Below are positions 62,441 through 64,000 of a DNA stretch of 64,000 bases, piece by piece (the first letter of the stretch is position 1; each line of letters begins with the position of its first letter). The stretch is from Rubripirellula sp. (GTDB lineage Bacteria; Planctomycetota; Planctomycetia; Pirellulales; Pirellulaceae): the NCBI GenBank assembly GCA_965216875.1, contig OZ244207.1, forward strand, positions 4,384,001-4,448,000, read 5' to 3'. A model generated the notes under the pieces. That model ran no database searches and was not told where the DNA came from. It saw only the letters and a program-made list of their open reading frames with translations. Position numbers and translations under genes: made by a program.

Positions 62441-64000
62441 GTGCGCAAACGCAAGCACCCTCTCGTCTCGCGTTTGATCGGTCTGGAAACCGAATACGCA
62501 ACGCTGGTGGCGGACCCACAGGAACTCGACCGCGAAGACCTGCCGCCCTCGCACATGGTGTACGTGCAAATGTGCGAAGCGATTCGTCGCGACCAGCCGA
62601 CTGTGGCGGGACTGTTTGACAGCGAGCAGATGTTTTTGGCCAGCGGCGGCGCGGTCACTTTTGAATCCCACCCGTCGATGCATGCTTCACCGGGCGGATT
62701 GGTTGAAATTGCCACCCCTGAAGTGCGCAGCCCCGACGAACTATTGGCCTGCCAACGATCCATTGACGCATTGGCAGCGGATGCTGCGGCCGATTCCGAA
62801 ACCAGCTTTGACTTGCGAGTGCTCAAGAACAGCTCCGACGCACTCGGCCATGTGTACGGCTGTCACGAAAACTACGAAGCCGAAGTGGCTCGTGGCATTT
62901 GGTTACTGCTGTATCGCTTCTTCGTGGCCATCCTTTGGTGCATGCAGATCCTTAGCCTGCTCGCCTCGCTTCCGTTGATGGCGATGATCCTGACGTTTGT
63001 CGCATTGCGGCGAGTCATTGGTGGGCGTGCCGAAACGAATCATGAACCACAAGACTTATTCGAGTCGGTGCCCGGCTGGCTGACCGCCATCTTTATCTTC
63101 ATGTTGCGACTGGTCTACTTGCCCACGGTCATCCTGTTGCGGTTTGTCGCCCGCCACATTGCGTTCCGTCGTCAACGCAAGTACCTAACCGCGATGTTGG
63201 TTTCGCGAGTCGCACTTTGTGGCAGCGGCCACCTCGACCATGAAGGTCGTTATCAGATGAGCGCCAAAGCGATGGCGATCGATTCGATCGCTGACATGGG
63301 CAGCTTTCGGGGTGAGCGTCCGATTTTCGTTTACGGGCATTGGCTCGGTCAGTTCTGCGCCAAGTCCTTTATGTCATTGACCTCGACGCGGCAAATGTTC
63401 AGCCGGCGACAACGTCTGCAAATCGGACTGTCGGACTCGAACATGGCTGACCTCGCCGAGTACGTGAAGGTCGGATCGGTATCGCTACTGCTCGACATGA
63501 TCGAAGCGGGCGTGACCGATGGATTACCTCTATTGCGAAAACCCCTTCATTCACTCAATCGAATCACGAGTGATTGGAACCTGATCTCGCGCGTTCCCAC
63601 GAGCCGTGGCGAAATGTCGGCGATCGAAATCCAAAAGGTTTACCTTGCTGCCGCGGAAGAGTTTGTTTTATCGACTCCTGCGACCATGCGAGGCGAAGCG
63701 AACATTGTGATCGCGCGTTGGCAAGAACTTCTCGATGCAATCATCGCCTTTCGTGTCGATGCCAAAGACACCAGCGCGGCGATTGGCCGAGTCGATTGGC
63801 TGACCAAACGATGGATGATCGACCAACTGGGCGAGGATGCCGATTGGTCACAGAAAAAGAAAATCGACCTTCGTTACCACGAACTCTCCGAAGACGGCTA
63901 CTTCAATCAGTTGATGGAAGCTCGCTCGGAATTGAGACTGATCGACGACGACCACATCCAACGCCGCCGACGTTCACCACCACCAAGCTCGCCCGCAGCA
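62441..64000 (+). CDS. PafA/Dop (Pup ligase/deamidase)-family protein with hydrophobic insertion; 3'-truncated by the window
   Basis: Own translation, frame open from 62240 to the window end (start candidates GTG 62312, TTG 62366, GTG 62441). Motifs: RLIGLETEY, EIATPE, LKNSSD..YGCHENY, LVSRVALCGSG, RPIF, SDSNM, KVGSVSLLLDMIEAG, VDWLTK, IDLRYHEL. Confidence 0.9.
   Translation, partial: MRKRKHPLVSRLIGLETEYATLVADPQELDREDLPPSHMVYVQMCEAIRRDQPTVAGLFDSEQMFLASGGAVTFESHPSMHASPGGLVEIATPEVRSPDELLACQRSIDALAADAAADSETSFDLRVLKNSSDALGHVYGCHENYEAEVARGIWLLLYRFFVAILWCMQILSLLASLPLMAMILTFVALRRVIGGRAETNHEPQDLFESVPGWLTAIFIFMLRLVYLPTVILLRFVARHIAFRRQRKYLTAMLVSRVALCGSGHLDHEGRYQMSAKAMAIDSIADMGSFRGERPIFVYGHWLGQFCAKSFMSLTSTRQMFSRRQRLQIGLSDSNMADLAEYVKVGSVSLLLDMIEAGVTDGLPLLRKPLHSLNRITSDWNLISRVPTSRGEMSAIEIQKVYLAAAEEFVLSTPATMRGEANIVIARWQELLDAIIAFRVDAKDTSAAIGRVDWLTKRWMIDQLGEDADWSQKKKIDLRYHELSEDGYFNQLMEARSELRLIDDDHIQRRRRSPPPSSPAA

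Overview
Bacterial chromosomal DNA, most likely from a planctomycete of the Pirellulaceae type. This inference rests on the Tat-exported Gfo/Idh/MocA oxidoreductases, DUF1080, TIGR02996, TIGR03067, SHD1 and DUF11 proteins, a sulfatase and an archaeal-type methanofuran gene. Most of the window is housekeeping (der, acpS, trpS, trxB, asnS, gluQ, rnd, recO-bamD-lptE-folP, dnaG-rpoD-Zn ribbon, coaE-rho-ribH), interspersed with secreted or membrane proteins and several different REP/REPIN-like palindrome families. Two regions stand out. (1) A PafA/Dop (Pup-ligase)-family gene runs off the right edge and is missing from the supplied ORF track. It carries a roughly 85-90 aa hydrophobic, probably membrane-spanning insertion inside the catalytic domain and has altered active-site motifs. 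(2) A roughly 2.6 kb islet (33.6-36.2 kb) holds a membrane protein with an integrase-arm-like N-terminus that overlaps a small secreted-protein gene by 140 nt. These are flanked by two convergent promoter-to-terminator units of about 270 nt, each containing a micro-ORF, plus a structured 180-nt segment and a 3x25-bp repeat array. No rRNA, tRNA, CRISPR array or intact transposase was seen. All family calls come from motif recognition by eye, not database searches.
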